64,000 nt of DNA from Chloroflexota bacterium (GCA_016875875.1 VGOP01000008.1:19834-83833), one strand, 5' to 3'. Positions 39,013 to 49,007 are shown, numbered from the stretch's first letter. The notes: generated by a model from the letters alone, not told the origin. Numbers and translations are program-made.

Positions 39013-39366
39013 TTATTCTGGTCTCGATTCGCTGATGACGCTGGCCCGCATAGGTCCAACATACCCACAACTGCGGTGATTTGGACAGCGTCCGTATGAT
39101 TTGCTGGCCCTAGCATTGCAGCGGGGGCATATATATCGCGGCATTGTGCCTGAGGTTTTCGATTGCTTCTGCTTTGTAGTATCTTGCTGTACTGTTGGCG
39201 GGTCAACTACTACTGGTTTACCTGCAGCATTTGTCCCTTGAAGATAAATATCTTTGTGTTCCATAGGACCGATAAATCCACACTTCGGACATTTTCCAAA
39301 CTGGACGTGAATTTTAGTTGCGCATCGGGGGCAAGCGTAGCGGGGCTTGGAATCGTGTTGCATCAA
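39013..39366 (-). CDS. double zinc-ribbon protein
   Basis: 117 aa. CPRC..CPKCG and CPRC..CPNH..CGY. Resembles the N-terminal modules of the two upstream paralogs. Confidence 0.5.
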   Translation of the reverse strand: MMQHDSKPRYACPRCATKIHVQFGKCPKCGFIGPMEHKDIYLQGTNAAGKPVVVDPPTVQQDTTKQKQSKTSGTMPRYICPRCNARASKSYGRCPNHRSCGYVGPMRASVISESRPE

Positions 39367-39368
39367 TG

Positions 39369-40634
39369 TCAGCTCTTGTTAATTATCTCCGTACCCATAT
39401 ATGGTTTTAGTGCCTCAGGAATTTTTATGCTGCCATCAGCTTGCTGGTAGTTCTCCAGTAGTGCTATGAACACTCGGGGCAAAGCCAGCCCCGAGCCGTT
39501 AAGTGTATGGACAAAGCTTGGCTTAGCTTTGGACTCTGGACGATAGCGAATATTTGCACGTCTGGCTTGGAAATCACCGCAATTGCTGCATGAGCTTACC
39601 TCCAGCCATTCGCCGCAGCCGAGGGCCCACATTTCGATATCGAATGATTTAACTGCGGCAAATCCCAGGTCGCCAGTACACAGCTGTACTACACGATAGG
39701 GTATGCCCAAGCGGCGGCATACATCTTCAGCATTACTCACCAACTTCTCTAGTTCCTGATCAGAGGTTTCTGGCTCAGTGAACTTGTAAAGCTCGACCTT
39801 GTCAAATTGATGACCTCTTTTGATGCCTCTGGTATCCTTGCCTGCTGCCATCTTCTCCCGACGGAAACAGGCGGTATAAGCAACATAGTAAAGAGGCAAA
39901 GTGCCCGGCGGCAGTATTTCGTCGCGATGTAAATTGGTCAAAGGCACTTCAGCGGTGGGCACAAACCAGAAGTCATCCTCTTCATCGTGGTATAGATTAT
40001 CGGCAAATTTAGGCATATTGCCTGAGCCAAACATGCATTCACGTTTCACCATGAAAGGCGGGTAAATTTCCGTGTAGCCATGTTCCTTCGTATGTAGATC
40101 AATCATGAAAGCGATGAGTGCTCTTTGTAGACGAGACCCTTGGCCTTTAAGGACATAAAAGCGACTGCCAGAAAGTTTGACACCGCGCTGGAAATCTATA
40201 ATACCTAGTTTTTCCCCTAGTTCCCAATGGGGCAATGGTGTGAAGGAAAGGTCTGCTGGCTCACCCCAGGAGCGCACCACTATGTTATCCTGTGCACCTT
40301 TGCCAACAGGGACATCAGCCGCCGGGATGTTAGGTAATCGCAGGAGGAGGTCCTCCAGTTCGGATTCAACTTGACATATTTCTGCCTCTAGGCAAGTGAT
40401 TCTTTCACCGAGTTCGCGCATATCGGCAATAAGCTGTGGTGGCTTATCTGCCATCTTGCCCAGCTGTTTGCTGACTTCATTACGCTGGGCTCGGAGTGTT
40501 TCCATCTCGTGTAGAAACTGGCGGCGTTGCTCGTCGAAGCTTAAGATTCGGTCAAGTGGAGCACTCTCACCTCGCTTGTCCATAGCCTGGCATACTAAGT
40601 CAGCATTATCGCGGATGAGTTTGATATCGATCAT
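39369..40634 (-). CDS. serS: seryl-tRNA synthetase
   Basis: 421 aa. N-terminal coiled-coil arm and class II core motifs. Confidence 0.9.
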   Translation of the reverse strand: MIDIKLIRDNADLVCQAMDKRGESAPLDRILSFDEQRRQFLHEMETLRAQRNEVSKQLGKMADKPPQLIADMRELGERITCLEAEICQVESELEDLLLRLPNIPAADVPVGKGAQDNIVVRSWGEPADLSFTPLPHWELGEKLGIIDFQRGVKLSGSRFYVLKGQGSRLQRALIAFMIDLHTKEHGYTEIYPPFMVKRECMFGSGNMPKFADNLYHDEEDDFWFVPTAEVPLTNLHRDEILPPGTLPLYYVAYTACFRREKMAAGKDTRGIKRGHQFDKVELYKFTEPETSDQELEKLVSNAEDVCRRLGIPYRVVQLCTGDLGFAAVKSFDIEMWALGCGEWLEVSSCSNCGDFQARRANIRYRPESKAKPSFVHTLNGSGLALPRVFIALLENYQQADGSIKIPEALKPYMGTEIINKS

Positions 40635-40640
40635 GATAAA

Positions 40641-42158
40641 TCAGCTTTCCTGCTGTTTTGTCTTCAGCTGGGGGAAAAGGATAATTTCACGGATGGATTG
40701 TCTATCGGCAAACAGCATTACCAAACGGTCAATACCAGTTCCTAGACCGCCAGTAGGCGGCATTCCATATTCTAGGGCTAGGAGGAAATCATCATCAATA
40801 GCTTCAACTTCTGGCTCCTCACCGGGTGGTGCTGAAGCAATCAGTTCACCGGATTGTCTCTCTCTTTGCAGGCGGAAGCGTTCTCTTTGTTCCAGTGGGT
40901 CATTAAGTTCGGTAAAAGCATTAGCTATTTCCATGCCGCCGATAAAAGCCTCAAAGCGCTCCACTAAGCGATCATTATCTCGCTTTCTTTTGGCTAGAGG
41001 TGACATCTCTACCGGATAATCTACAAGAAAGGTGGGATGCATCAGGCTAGGTTCAACAAAGGTGGAGATAAGCTCATCTATTAGCCTGCCTCTGTCCTTA
41101 TTAGGGTCAACTTCTAGCCCCAGTTGTTTCATCCTCAACCGCAGTGAATCAGCCTCGGCATAGTCCTCAAAGTCAATACCACAATGCTCTTTGATTGCTT
41201 CACGCAGGTAGATTCGACGCCACGGAGGTGTCAGGTTAATAAGTTCTTCACCGAACTTAATTTCAGTCTTGCCTACGACTTCCTTGGCAATATAGCATAT
41301 GATATCTTCAACCATTTTCATCATATCATTATAATCAGCGTAGGCTTGATAGATTTCTACCATCGTAAATTCAGGATTGTGTTTGGTAGATATGCCTTCA
41401 TTGCGAAATACACGACCGATCTCGTAAACCTTATCGAAGCCGCCTATTATTAGCCGCTTGAGATAAAGTTCCAGGGCAATGCGAAGGTATAAGTCCTGAT
41501 CCAGAGCTTGGTGGTGGGTTTTAAAACGTCGAGCTAAAGCCCCACCTGCCACTGGCTGTAATACTGGTGTTTCCACCTCAATAAATCCTTGCTCGTTTAG
41601 GAAATGCCTCAGGGCTGAGATAATCTGGCTACGCAGTTTGAAAACAGGCTTAACTTCTTCGTTGGATATTAAGTCCAGGTAACGCTGCCGGTAACGCTTC
41701 TCAACATCAACTAATCCGTGCCACTTTTCGGGCAATGGTTGAAGTGATTTGGACAGTAGTGTGAAATCGGTTACTTCCAGGGTGATTTCATTGGTCTTAG
41801 TCCGAAAAAGCTTGCCCCTGGCACCGATGATGTCACCGATATCGATTTCGTGAAGAAACTCAAATCTTTCCTTACCAAGGAGTTCATGACTAAAATAAAG
41901 TTGAATTTTGCCTGAACTATCGCGGATATCGAAGAAGGCAATTTTCCCCATAAATCGTATGGCTGTAATTCGGCCAGCGAGGCTCAATTCTGTACTGGAG
42001 GTGGTCTGCGGGCTCGATTCTATTTGCCCATAAAGAGCCACTGCTTCCTGGTTAGTGTGGCTACGGTGATAGGAATGAGGATACGGATTTACTCCTTGCC
42101 CCCGAATTTTTTCTAGCTTTTCCAGGCGCTGTTGGGCAATGTGCTTTAATCTTGCCAT
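40641..42158 (-). CDS. lysS: lysyl-tRNA synthetase (class II)
   Basis: 505 aa. OB anticodon-binding domain plus class II motifs (FIEVETPVLQ...). Confidence 0.9.
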   Translation of the reverse strand: MARLKHIAQQRLEKLEKIRGQGVNPYPHSYHRSHTNQEAVALYGQIESSPQTTSSTELSLAGRITAIRFMGKIAFFDIRDSSGKIQLYFSHELLGKERFEFLHEIDIGDIIGARGKLFRTKTNEITLEVTDFTLLSKSLQPLPEKWHGLVDVEKRYRQRYLDLISNEEVKPVFKLRSQIISALRHFLNEQGFIEVETPVLQPVAGGALARRFKTHHQALDQDLYLRIALELYLKRLIIGGFDKVYEIGRVFRNEGISTKHNPEFTMVEIYQAYADYNDMMKMVEDIICYIAKEVVGKTEIKFGEELINLTPPWRRIYLREAIKEHCGIDFEDYAEADSLRLRMKQLGLEVDPNKDRGRLIDELISTFVEPSLMHPTFLVDYPVEMSPLAKRKRDNDRLVERFEAFIGGMEIANAFTELNDPLEQRERFRLQRERQSGELIASAPPGEEPEVEAIDDDFLLALEYGMPPTGGLGTGIDRLVMLFADRQSIREIILFPQLKTKQQES

Positions 42159-42207
42159 AATACTTAGTATCCCATGAAAAATAAGGTCTTCTCATGGGGG
42201 CAAATAG

Positions 42208-42675
42208 TCAACTTACGTCCATTATCAGGAGCTTAAGTACTCCAGCCGGGGTTGTTACCTCAACTTCATCGCCGATTTTTCTACCCAGCAGAGCTTTTCC
42301 TACCGGTGATTCGTTGGAAATTTTACCTTCCACAGGATTAGCTTCAGCACTACCTACAATAACAAATTGCTCTATCTTGCCATCCTGGTTTTGGATGAGC
42401 ACCTTATCACCCACTTCTACTACGCCTGGCAAGGCTGGCGACTCTATAACTGTAGCATTCTTGACGGTATTTTCCAGCATGAGTATTCTACCCTCGACAA
42501 AAGCCTGGTCATTCTTGGCATCTTCATACTCAGCGTTGTTCTCCGTGCCTCCCATTTCTCGGGCGCGCTTAATCTTGCTAGCTATCTCCTGTCTTCGCAC
42601 TGAAAGCAGGTGCTCCAGCTCAGATTGGAGTTTAGCTAAGCCCTCTTTGGTGATAAGGATTTTCTTTTGACCCAT
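42208..42675 (-). CDS. greA: transcription elongation factor GreA
   Basis: 155 aa. N-terminal coiled coil with acidic tip and FKBP-like C-terminal domain. Confidence 0.85.
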   Translation of the reverse strand: MGQKKILITKEGLAKLQSELEHLLSVRRQEIASKIKRAREMGGTENNAEYEDAKNDQAFVEGRILMLENTVKNATVIESPALPGVVEVGDKVLIQNQDGKIEQFVIVGSAEANPVEGKISNESPVGKALLGRKIGDEVEVTTPAGVLKLLIMDVS

Positions 42676-42803
42676 ATGATGTCTCCTGTATCAGAAGCTA
42701 GTAAAAAAACTGAGAGTTGGAAAACCCTCAGTTGACGTTGAAGTTTGACACATATTATAGGCTGCTTTGGCTTGGTTGTAAAGAGCGCCGCAAGGTAATA
42801 TAA

Positions 42804-43895
42804 TTGCAAAGTTCTTATTCAGGTTCAGGAGATAATGTGGTTGCTCTATATATAACGTCCATGGCAGCTGCCGGGAAAACAGCCTTGTGCGCTGGCATTG
42901 GTAAAAAGTTGCTTGACCGAGGGGTGAAGGTGGGCTTTCTTACGCCAGTCCAGATCTTTGAAACCAGCGGCACCGATGGTTGTGAAGATGCCATTTTCAT
43001 CAAGGAAATCTTCGAGTTGACAGAATCTAGTGAGCTGCTTTGCCCTATTCGCTCGTCCCAGCGTGAATTGTTGCGAAGCTTGACCGATGAGGTAGCAGAT
43101 TTCACGCAGAGGCTTAAGCAGGCATATCGTAAGATATCACGGGATAAAAATATAGTCATAATGGAGGGAGTTGGCAACTTGGGCATAGATAAAGTCTCTA
43201 CTCTTGCGTGCTACACGATTGCTGAGACCTTAGAGGCTAGGGTGATTATTGTGCTCCGTTATTCCTCAACTTTAGATGTGTCGAAGATTGCGCAGATAGG
43301 TAAGAGGTTAGGGCAACGGTTGCTGGGGATTATTATTAACTTTGTGCCGAAGTCCAAAATGGAAACTGCGAGACAGAACTTGACAGCCTCGTTTCAGAAG
43401 GCTGGGATAAAGGTGTTGGGCATACTCCCTGAGGTTCGGAGCTTGCTTGGCGTAAGTATTGGAGAGTTGGTCAAAATTCTAGAAGGGGAGCTCTTGACTT
43501 TTCCGGAGAATAATGATGAGATAGTAGAAAATATACTGGTGGGGGCCATGACTCTTGACTCTGGGATAGACTATTTCAATCGTAAGCAAAACAAAGCTGC
43601 GGTGATTCGCGGCGAACGTTCTGATATGCAGCTGGCTGCTTTAGAAACATCAACCAAATGCCTCATTCTTACTAACAATCTAAAGCCTTCGCGCCCTGTT
43701 ATCTCTCAGGCTGAGGAAAAGCATGTGCCGATAATTGTGGTGAAGCAGGATACCCCTGCTGCTATAGCCTGCATCGAGGAAGCTTTAACCAAAGCTAGCT
43801 TCCGCAGCCCTCGAAAACTAGATACGTTTGGTAATGTTTTAGATTGCTATTTTGATTTTAAAGCTCTTTATTCAGAGCTTGGCCTGGAAGCTTAA
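42804..43895 (+). CDS. phosphotransacetylase N-terminal-like protein (P-loop AAA_26 + DRTGG domains)
   Basis: 363 aa. AAAGKT P-loop-like N-terminus. DRTGG-like region (AVIRGERSDMQLAALETSTKCLILTNN...VPIIVV). Confidence 0.5.
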   Translation: MQSSYSGSGDNVVALYITSMAAAGKTALCAGIGKKLLDRGVKVGFLTPVQIFETSGTDGCEDAIFIKEIFELTESSELLCPIRSSQRELLRSLTDEVADFTQRLKQAYRKISRDKNIVIMEGVGNLGIDKVSTLACYTIAETLEARVIIVLRYSSTLDVSKIAQIGKRLGQRLLGIIINFVPKSKMETARQNLTASFQKAGIKVLGILPEVRSLLGVSIGELVKILEGELLTFPENNDEIVENILVGAMTLDSGIDYFNRKQNKAAVIRGERSDMQLAALETSTKCLILTNNLKPSRPVISQAEEKHVPIIVVKQDTPAAIACIEEALTKASFRSPRKLDTFGNVLDCYFDFKALYSELGLEA

Positions 43896-44127
43896 TGTCC
43901 TCGTTTTCCACAACGGCCAAAATTTCTCTGGCGTGTTGAGCCAAAGAAGATGGTACCTGTATTTCTACCTGACCTAAGCCGTCAAAAGTGAGGCCATAAA
44001 TAAGTCCAGCGGTCTCATAGCGAAGCATAGCTGGAACACCTTCGCTTTCAAGGCGCCCCTTTACAATTTCTGCCTCTAGTTTTCCACTAGCAATGTAGAC
44101 TGTGGTGAGCCCAGTCTCTTTAGACAA
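43858..44127 (-). CDS. small DUF2007-like protein
   Basis: 89 aa. Convergent with the upstream gene and overlapping its end. Confidence 0.35.
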   Translation of the reverse strand: MSKETGLTTVYIASGKLEAEIVKGRLESEGVPAMLRYETAGLIYGLTFDGLGQVEIQVPSSLAQHAREILAVVENEDIKLPGQALNKEL

Positions 44128-44363
44128 AATCGTTCCTCTTGCCTACGGAAATAAACAACAGTGTGTCTCGGCTAAGGTTGGTGAAGCAGGGAAACCGCCA
44201 GGATTAGGATCGCAAAGTTAACTCCGCATGGAGTTGCAAAACATGTACCATGACACGGCACACGTATGCAACAGAAACCCTGACCGAGGATTAACCCTAT
44301 CCTCGGCCAGGGATCCACTATCTAAAATTTTACTTCTCTGAAAGATACTTCTCTATAACAGTT

Positions 44364-45065
44364 TTAATTCGGTGCGCATTTGTCGCCGTACGGACGCGCG
44401 AAGCAGTTATCCTGCAGAGCCCATGTGAGTGCACAGCATTCAGTGTGCGGGGCGGCGGTAACTCCCCAGTCACCACCTTTGTTGCCACCATAGCATTCGC
44501 TGACTCCGAAGTGGTTGAGGTGTTCATTGTTTAACCTCGGATGAGTACCAATGTCAGCAGCACCCCAACTCTTGTTGGCGAAAGCCAAGCTAACCCCCCA
44601 ACAGCAGCAGCAGGTCGGCAAGAAGTTCTCTATAACTGAGTCCTCAGGGCATGTAGGCTCTTTTTGAGGTGTTACTTTACAGGCGGTCCCCGACAGGGAG
44701 TCTTGACACGCGGCCGGGTCATCACAAGTTGCCGTGGCTCCTTGTTCTACCTGTCGGCAGGCAGGACAACCAGCAGTGGCTCCGCAGTCCTTGCCGGGAC
44801 AGCTCGTAGGTGTACCAACTTCGGCGCACATGGCCTTAGTACCACATAGACCTCTCAACCGTGACATGGCTTGGATTGGAGTTCTGCCCCAGTTCATCAA
44901 ATACAGGTAATACGAGGGTTCATTGTCGTACCACTTCGGTAGTGGCTCCTGTTTGCAGTTTTGCAGCCCCCCCAATTCATCACCATCTGCGGCCTGTACG
45001 ACAGCTGGCACCAGCACCAAGGATACTGCCAACACAAAAGCAAACAAAATACTGACGATTCTCAA
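44364..45065 (-). CDS. secreted cysteine-rich protein
   Basis: 233 aa. Signal peptide MRIVSILFAFVLAVSLVLVPAVVQA. About 30 Cys, including a CCCC run. No known motif. Confidence 0.4.
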   Translation of the reverse strand: MRIVSILFAFVLAVSLVLVPAVVQAADGDELGGLQNCKQEPLPKWYDNEPSYYLYLMNWGRTPIQAMSRLRGLCGTKAMCAEVGTPTSCPGKDCGATAGCPACRQVEQGATATCDDPAACQDSLSGTACKVTPQKEPTCPEDSVIENFLPTCCCCWGVSLAFANKSWGAADIGTHPRLNNEHLNHFGVSECYGGNKGGDWGVTAAPHTECCALTWALQDNCFARPYGDKCAPN

Positions 45066-45276
45066 ATTGTCACCTCCATTCTAAGTTTTGCGTTCAAAGG
45101 TTCGACCACCCTTTGCCAAACGATTTTACAGGGTCAAAACGCTTTTGTCAATAGGCTTACGGGGGTCTTGAAAATCATTTTTGCAAAATATACAATTACA
45201 CCTTGCTGCAGTTGATTCTGCAGCAGATTGGAGGTGAGAACCTCATCAATTAAGAATCTAAAGGAGGGACGGTGAT

Positions 45277-45654
45277 TTGAATGCTCTCGGAAGACACTTA
45301 CTACTAGAACTGAAAGATTGCAACGTGGAGGTGCTTAATGACTTAGAGTTTCTTAAGCGTTGTCTCAATGATGCTGCTGAGCAAATTGGAGCTACCGTAG
45401 TTAATGAGTGTTTCCATGAATTTAGCCCTCACGGTATAAGCGGCGTGTTAGTCATCTCTGAATCTCATCTGTGCATTCATACTTGGCCGGAACACGGCTA
45501 TGCCGCTGTAGACATTTTTACTTGTGGGGATTCTGTCAAGCCTGAGCTAGCTGTAAAGCCACTTGTGGAGAAGCTGAGCTCGAAGAATCCCTCTTTTATT
45601 GAGTTTAGAAGGGGCATCTTAAAAAATAATCGAGTTGGCTGTGAGCTGAAATGA
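45277..45654 (+). CDS. speH: S-adenosylmethionine decarboxylase proenzyme (pyruvoyl-dependent, small bacterial/archaeal class)
   Basis: 125 aa. VLVISESHL contains the self-cleavage serine. TTG start. Confidence 0.8.
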   Translation: MNALGRHLLLELKDCNVEVLNDLEFLKRCLNDAAEQIGATVVNECFHEFSPHGISGVLVISESHLCIHTWPEHGYAAVDIFTCGDSVKPELAVKPLVEKLSSKNPSFIEFRRGILKNNRVGCELK

Positions 45655-46577
45655 ACGACCCAGATAATCCTGATAAACGTAAATGGCTATATGACGAGGT
45701 CAGTCCTGACCTTGCCCAGCTCCATAGGATTAAAAAGGTAATATATTCAGGACGAACCGAATTTCAGTCTATAGAAATTGTTGATACTGAAAGCTTTGGC
45801 GTTTGCCTTGTGCTTGATGGTAAGATTCAATCCAGTGCGCGGGATGAATTCATCTATCATGAAGCACTGGTTCATCCGGCGATGATTAGCCATGCGTGCC
45901 CTGAGACGGTTTTTATTGCTGGAGGCGGTGAAGGAGCTACTCTACGCGAGGTGCTGGCTCATAAGACTGTAAAAAAAGTAGTTATGGTGGATATTGACAG
46001 GCAGGTTATAGACATCTGCCGTCGTTATCTATCTTTTTTTCATCAAGGCTCTTTTGATGATTCTCGTTTGGAGCTTTGCTTCGCAGATGCCAGAGGTTAC
46101 TTACAGGAGACTAATAATAGGTTCGACGTTTTGATAATCGACTTGGTTGAGCCCCTGGAAGAGGGGCCAGCTTGTTTACTATATACTCAGGAGTTTTATC
46201 AGCTAGTTAAAGAAAGACTGAATCCAGATGGAATCGTGTCTATACAGTCCGGAGCTTCCGGATGGACTAACTTACAAAATTTCACCGCAATCGTTAACAC
46301 TTTGAAAAGCGTTTTTGATATAGTCTGCCCGTATCAAGCTTATGTTCCTTCCTTCGTTGACCTGTGGGGATTCACTACAACGTCACAAAGTATCAACCCC
46401 ACGGAATTATTACTTAAGGAGGTAGACCGTAGGATTGCGGCTCGCCTGTCGAGGAAGCCAAAATCATACGATGGTCTGACTCACCAATCTTTATTCATCC
46501 TGCCCAGGCACATCCGCCACCAGCTAGCCATTACAAAACAAATCATTACTGACAAGAAACCTGTTTTTGTCCATTGA
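45651..46577 (+). CDS. speE: polyamine aminopropyltransferase (spermidine synthase)
   Basis: 308 aa. Rossmann GGGEGATLREV and VVMVDID motifs. Overlaps speH by 4 nt. Confidence 0.85.
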   Translation: MNDPDNPDKRKWLYDEVSPDLAQLHRIKKVIYSGRTEFQSIEIVDTESFGVCLVLDGKIQSSARDEFIYHEALVHPAMISHACPETVFIAGGGEGATLREVLAHKTVKKVVMVDIDRQVIDICRRYLSFFHQGSFDDSRLELCFADARGYLQETNNRFDVLIIDLVEPLEEGPACLLYTQEFYQLVKERLNPDGIVSIQSGASGWTNLQNFTAIVNTLKSVFDIVCPYQAYVPSFVDLWGFTTTSQSINPTELLLKEVDRRIAARLSRKPKSYDGLTHQSLFILPRHIRHQLAITKQIITDKKPVFVH

Positions 46578-46603
46578 GGTTGTGATAGACCGAGTCTTAA
46601 GTT

Positions 46604-47161
46604 CTATTTTCCTTTCAGTTTAGGTGGGCGATGGATTTCCATGAGGATAAAGGTGTAGTCCCCTTGGGTGAGCTGCCCGCAGGGGGAAAAACCGCATTTT
46701 CTAAAGGATTTCTGTGCCCGAATGTTCCAATTCAAGGTCTTGAGGTAGACCCTTTTTAGGTTAGTTTGCGAAAAAAAGTGATTAAGTGAGGTGAGCATGA
46801 CATCAGCCCCATAGCCGCGGTTCCAATATGCCCGGTCACCAATCAAGATGCCCATCTCAGACTCCTTTTTGGTTTCATCTATATTAAAATAGCTGCAATT
46901 ACCAATATGTTTGCCGTCCAGAGTTTCAATGGCGAAACGATAGCTTCTACTTGGGTGGTGTAATTCTTCAACGTAGTTTTCTAAGAATTCTTCAAAAGAA
47001 CATAATATAGGAGTAGCAGCATCAAGACAGCAAAGCTCAGCATCTCGCCGCCAGCTATAGTCATTGACAGCATCCTGTAAGCGCTTTGGCCGTAGCTTAA
47101 CTTTGCTGCCAGTTAACACTGGTGTCCCGGTTAAGGCTGGAAAGATAGAGGTTCTTCGCAA
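46604..47161 (-). CDS. GNAT-family N-acetyltransferase
   Basis: 185 aa. Acetyl-CoA binding region (RGYGADVMLTSLNHFF). Confidence 0.6.
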   Translation of the reverse strand: MRRTSIFPALTGTPVLTGSKVKLRPKRLQDAVNDYSWRRDAELCCLDAATPILCSFEEFLENYVEELHHPSRSYRFAIETLDGKHIGNCSYFNIDETKKESEMGILIGDRAYWNRGYGADVMLTSLNHFFSQTNLKRVYLKTLNWNIRAQKSFRKCGFSPCGQLTQGDYTFILMEIHRPPKLKGK

Positions 47162-48063
47162 AGGCGTATCCCCCTCAAGGCTGATTTGGCTGCCTCACGG
47201 ATTCTAGGTTGAGGGTTTTTCACTAACTTGTTCAAGGCTTGCTTAGATTGCTCGCTACCTATTTCACCTAATGCTTTTATGGCTGCCTCTTGAATCTGGT
47301 AATCTTCATCTTTGATCAACTTTAGGAGGTGAGGTACAGCCTCTTCAGCACCAAGTTCGCCGCAGGCATTAGCAGCTTCGTAACGTATCTCAGCTTCATC
47401 ACTGTTCAACTCAGTCAGCAAAGTAATCAGCCATGCTGAATCACAATTGCGTCCCATTGCATATATAGCACTAGTTTTTAGCTTAATATCGGTAGCATGA
47501 TAGGCTTTTTCTATAAGTTCTTTAACTCGAGGCAAATTAAATGGAGAAATGGCCTCTAAAGCTCGACGCTTTACTCCGGCGGATTCGGTCTTGTTGTCTA
47601 GAACCTCCAACAAAGCAGTATATACCTTGTCTCTGTAGTGGGTAGGAAGTCCCCCTAGTTCACCTAAAAGGACAAATTTGCCAAGGGCTACGGCCGCTGC
47701 CGCCCGTACTTCAGCAGAGCTATCTTCCTTCAAAGAGTGCAATAGCGGAGTGATAAGGCGGTAATTTTCTTCTCCGTCTAAACCAGCGATTGCTTGTGTT
47801 CTGACTGTTTCATCAGAGTCGTGGAGAAATAAGACAAAGACGCTACTGAAATCGAGCTTAAAGTCAATCTCACTAAGGTGCACAAGCTGAAAAATAACTT
47901 CATTTCGTCGTGATGCCTCCGCATTTGTCCAGATTTTTTCTAGGAATTTCAGCTCTTCACTATTGAGGTCGGACAAGTAGACCAGTTTAGAGCTGGACAC
48001 AGGCTTGCTTGAATCGAATATTTCCGCTATGTGCTGCATCCGGGGGGATAATTCCGCTGCCAT
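47131..48063 (-). CDS. HEAT/PBS-lyase-type repeat protein
   Basis: 310 aa of tandem roughly 30-aa helical repeats (VRxxAAxALGxxG...). Confidence 0.6.
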   Translation of the reverse strand: MAAELSPRMQHIAEIFDSSKPVSSSKLVYLSDLNSEELKFLEKIWTNAEASRRNEVIFQLVHLSEIDFKLDFSSVFVLFLHDSDETVRTQAIAGLDGEENYRLITPLLHSLKEDSSAEVRAAAAVALGKFVLLGELGGLPTHYRDKVYTALLEVLDNKTESAGVKRRALEAISPFNLPRVKELIEKAYHATDIKLKTSAIYAMGRNCDSAWLITLLTELNSDEAEIRYEAANACGELGAEEAVPHLLKLIKDEDYQIQEAAIKALGEIGSEQSKQALNKLVKNPQPRIREAAKSALRGIRLCEEPLSFQP

Positions 48064-48903
48064 CTATTCGTTTTCCTCTTCATCTCCATTCTCATTGTCC
48101 TCTTCTTCCTCTTCTTCTACCTCTTCCATATCCTCTTCTGGTGGCCACACAGGTTTGGTATAACGGTCAATGAACTCCCCCATAGCTTCAGCAGCCAGTT
48201 TCTTCATCTCCTCGTCTGATTCTCTAGCCAGTTTGGCAAGTTCAGATAAATTGATGCCAATATCTAGTATCTTGGTAAGGATATCAAGCACCGCCAGAGA
48301 GGCTTTCGGATTGGGTATTCGAGTAGTGTACATAGGCACCTCGCCCAATAGACAGACACCTTCAAACCCCCTCTCTTTGGCTACTCCCAGGAATAAGCCA
48401 TTGAGTCCAGCGATTTGAATGTCGCCGCGAAGAATGACGTCATATTTTCTTAACACCCCGAGAAGTTTTTGGTTTGTGGCGGCTCCCCAGACCCTTGGTT
48501 TTTCAGTGTGGTGAATTCGGGCAATAGCTGCAGCACAGGTATACACCCTTTTGACTTTGAGTTTTTGACTAACGTCTAGGACACAACTAGCCAGTTCGTA
48601 ACCCTTGAAGCTAGGTTGCTCATCGCTGATAAACAGGATTAAATCTCTGTCGGAGTTGGGATTGTGCCAATAATAGAATTTACTTTCTGGGAATCGAGGA
48701 GCTTCTATTATGTTGCCTTTTACCATAATGCCGATAGGGTCAAAGAAATCGAAGGGCTCGATTTCTCCAATCTCCTCAGCGTTTAGCTTGTCTTTAACAT
48801 ACTTGGCGATTATAAGTGCTACGTTCCCGATTCCGGGCCAAGCCGCGATCAGGTCACATGCCTTAAGACGTGGTTCTTTATAAAGCTTAACTGCGCTTTT
48901 CAC
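48064..48903 (-). CDS. PAC2-family (proteasome-assembly-chaperone-like) protein with acidic tail
   Basis: 279 aa. N-terminus LIAAWPGIGNVALIAAKY is typical of the PAC2 family. Poly-E/D C-terminus. Confidence 0.5.
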   Translation of the reverse strand: MKSAVKLYKEPRLKACDLIAAWPGIGNVALIIAKYVKDKLNAEEIGEIEPFDFFDPIGIMVKGNIIEAPRFPESKFYYWHNPNSDRDLILFISDEQPSFKGYELASCVLDVSQKLKVKRVYTCAAAIARIHHTEKPRVWGAATNQKLLGVLRKYDVILRGDIQIAGLNGLFLGVAKERGFEGVCLLGEVPMYTTRIPNPKASLAVLDILTKILDIGINLSELAKLARESDEEMKKLAAEAMGEFIDRYTKPVWPPEEDMEEVEEEEEEDNENGDEEENE

Positions 48904-49007
48904 GGTTGCTTTACCTTTTCTCCTCTTAAGATTGTTCAGTTTTGATTTCCCACCAAGCCTTTAGTTTTGCAGTGATAGAGCTTCAGATCTGTCACTACAT
49001 TTTTAAG

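Noticed and set aside
40396-41019. 207-aa plus-strand ORF across the serS/lysS junction, and a 158-aa ORF at 42194-42670 antisense to greA
   Set aside because: Both are Ser/Arg-rich antisense translations of well-conserved genes.
42688-42720. Hairpin aaaaaaactgagagttggaaaaccctcagtt upstream of greA as a terminator
   Set aside because: It sits between divergent gene starts, so nothing reads into it. It may be a leader structure and was not called.
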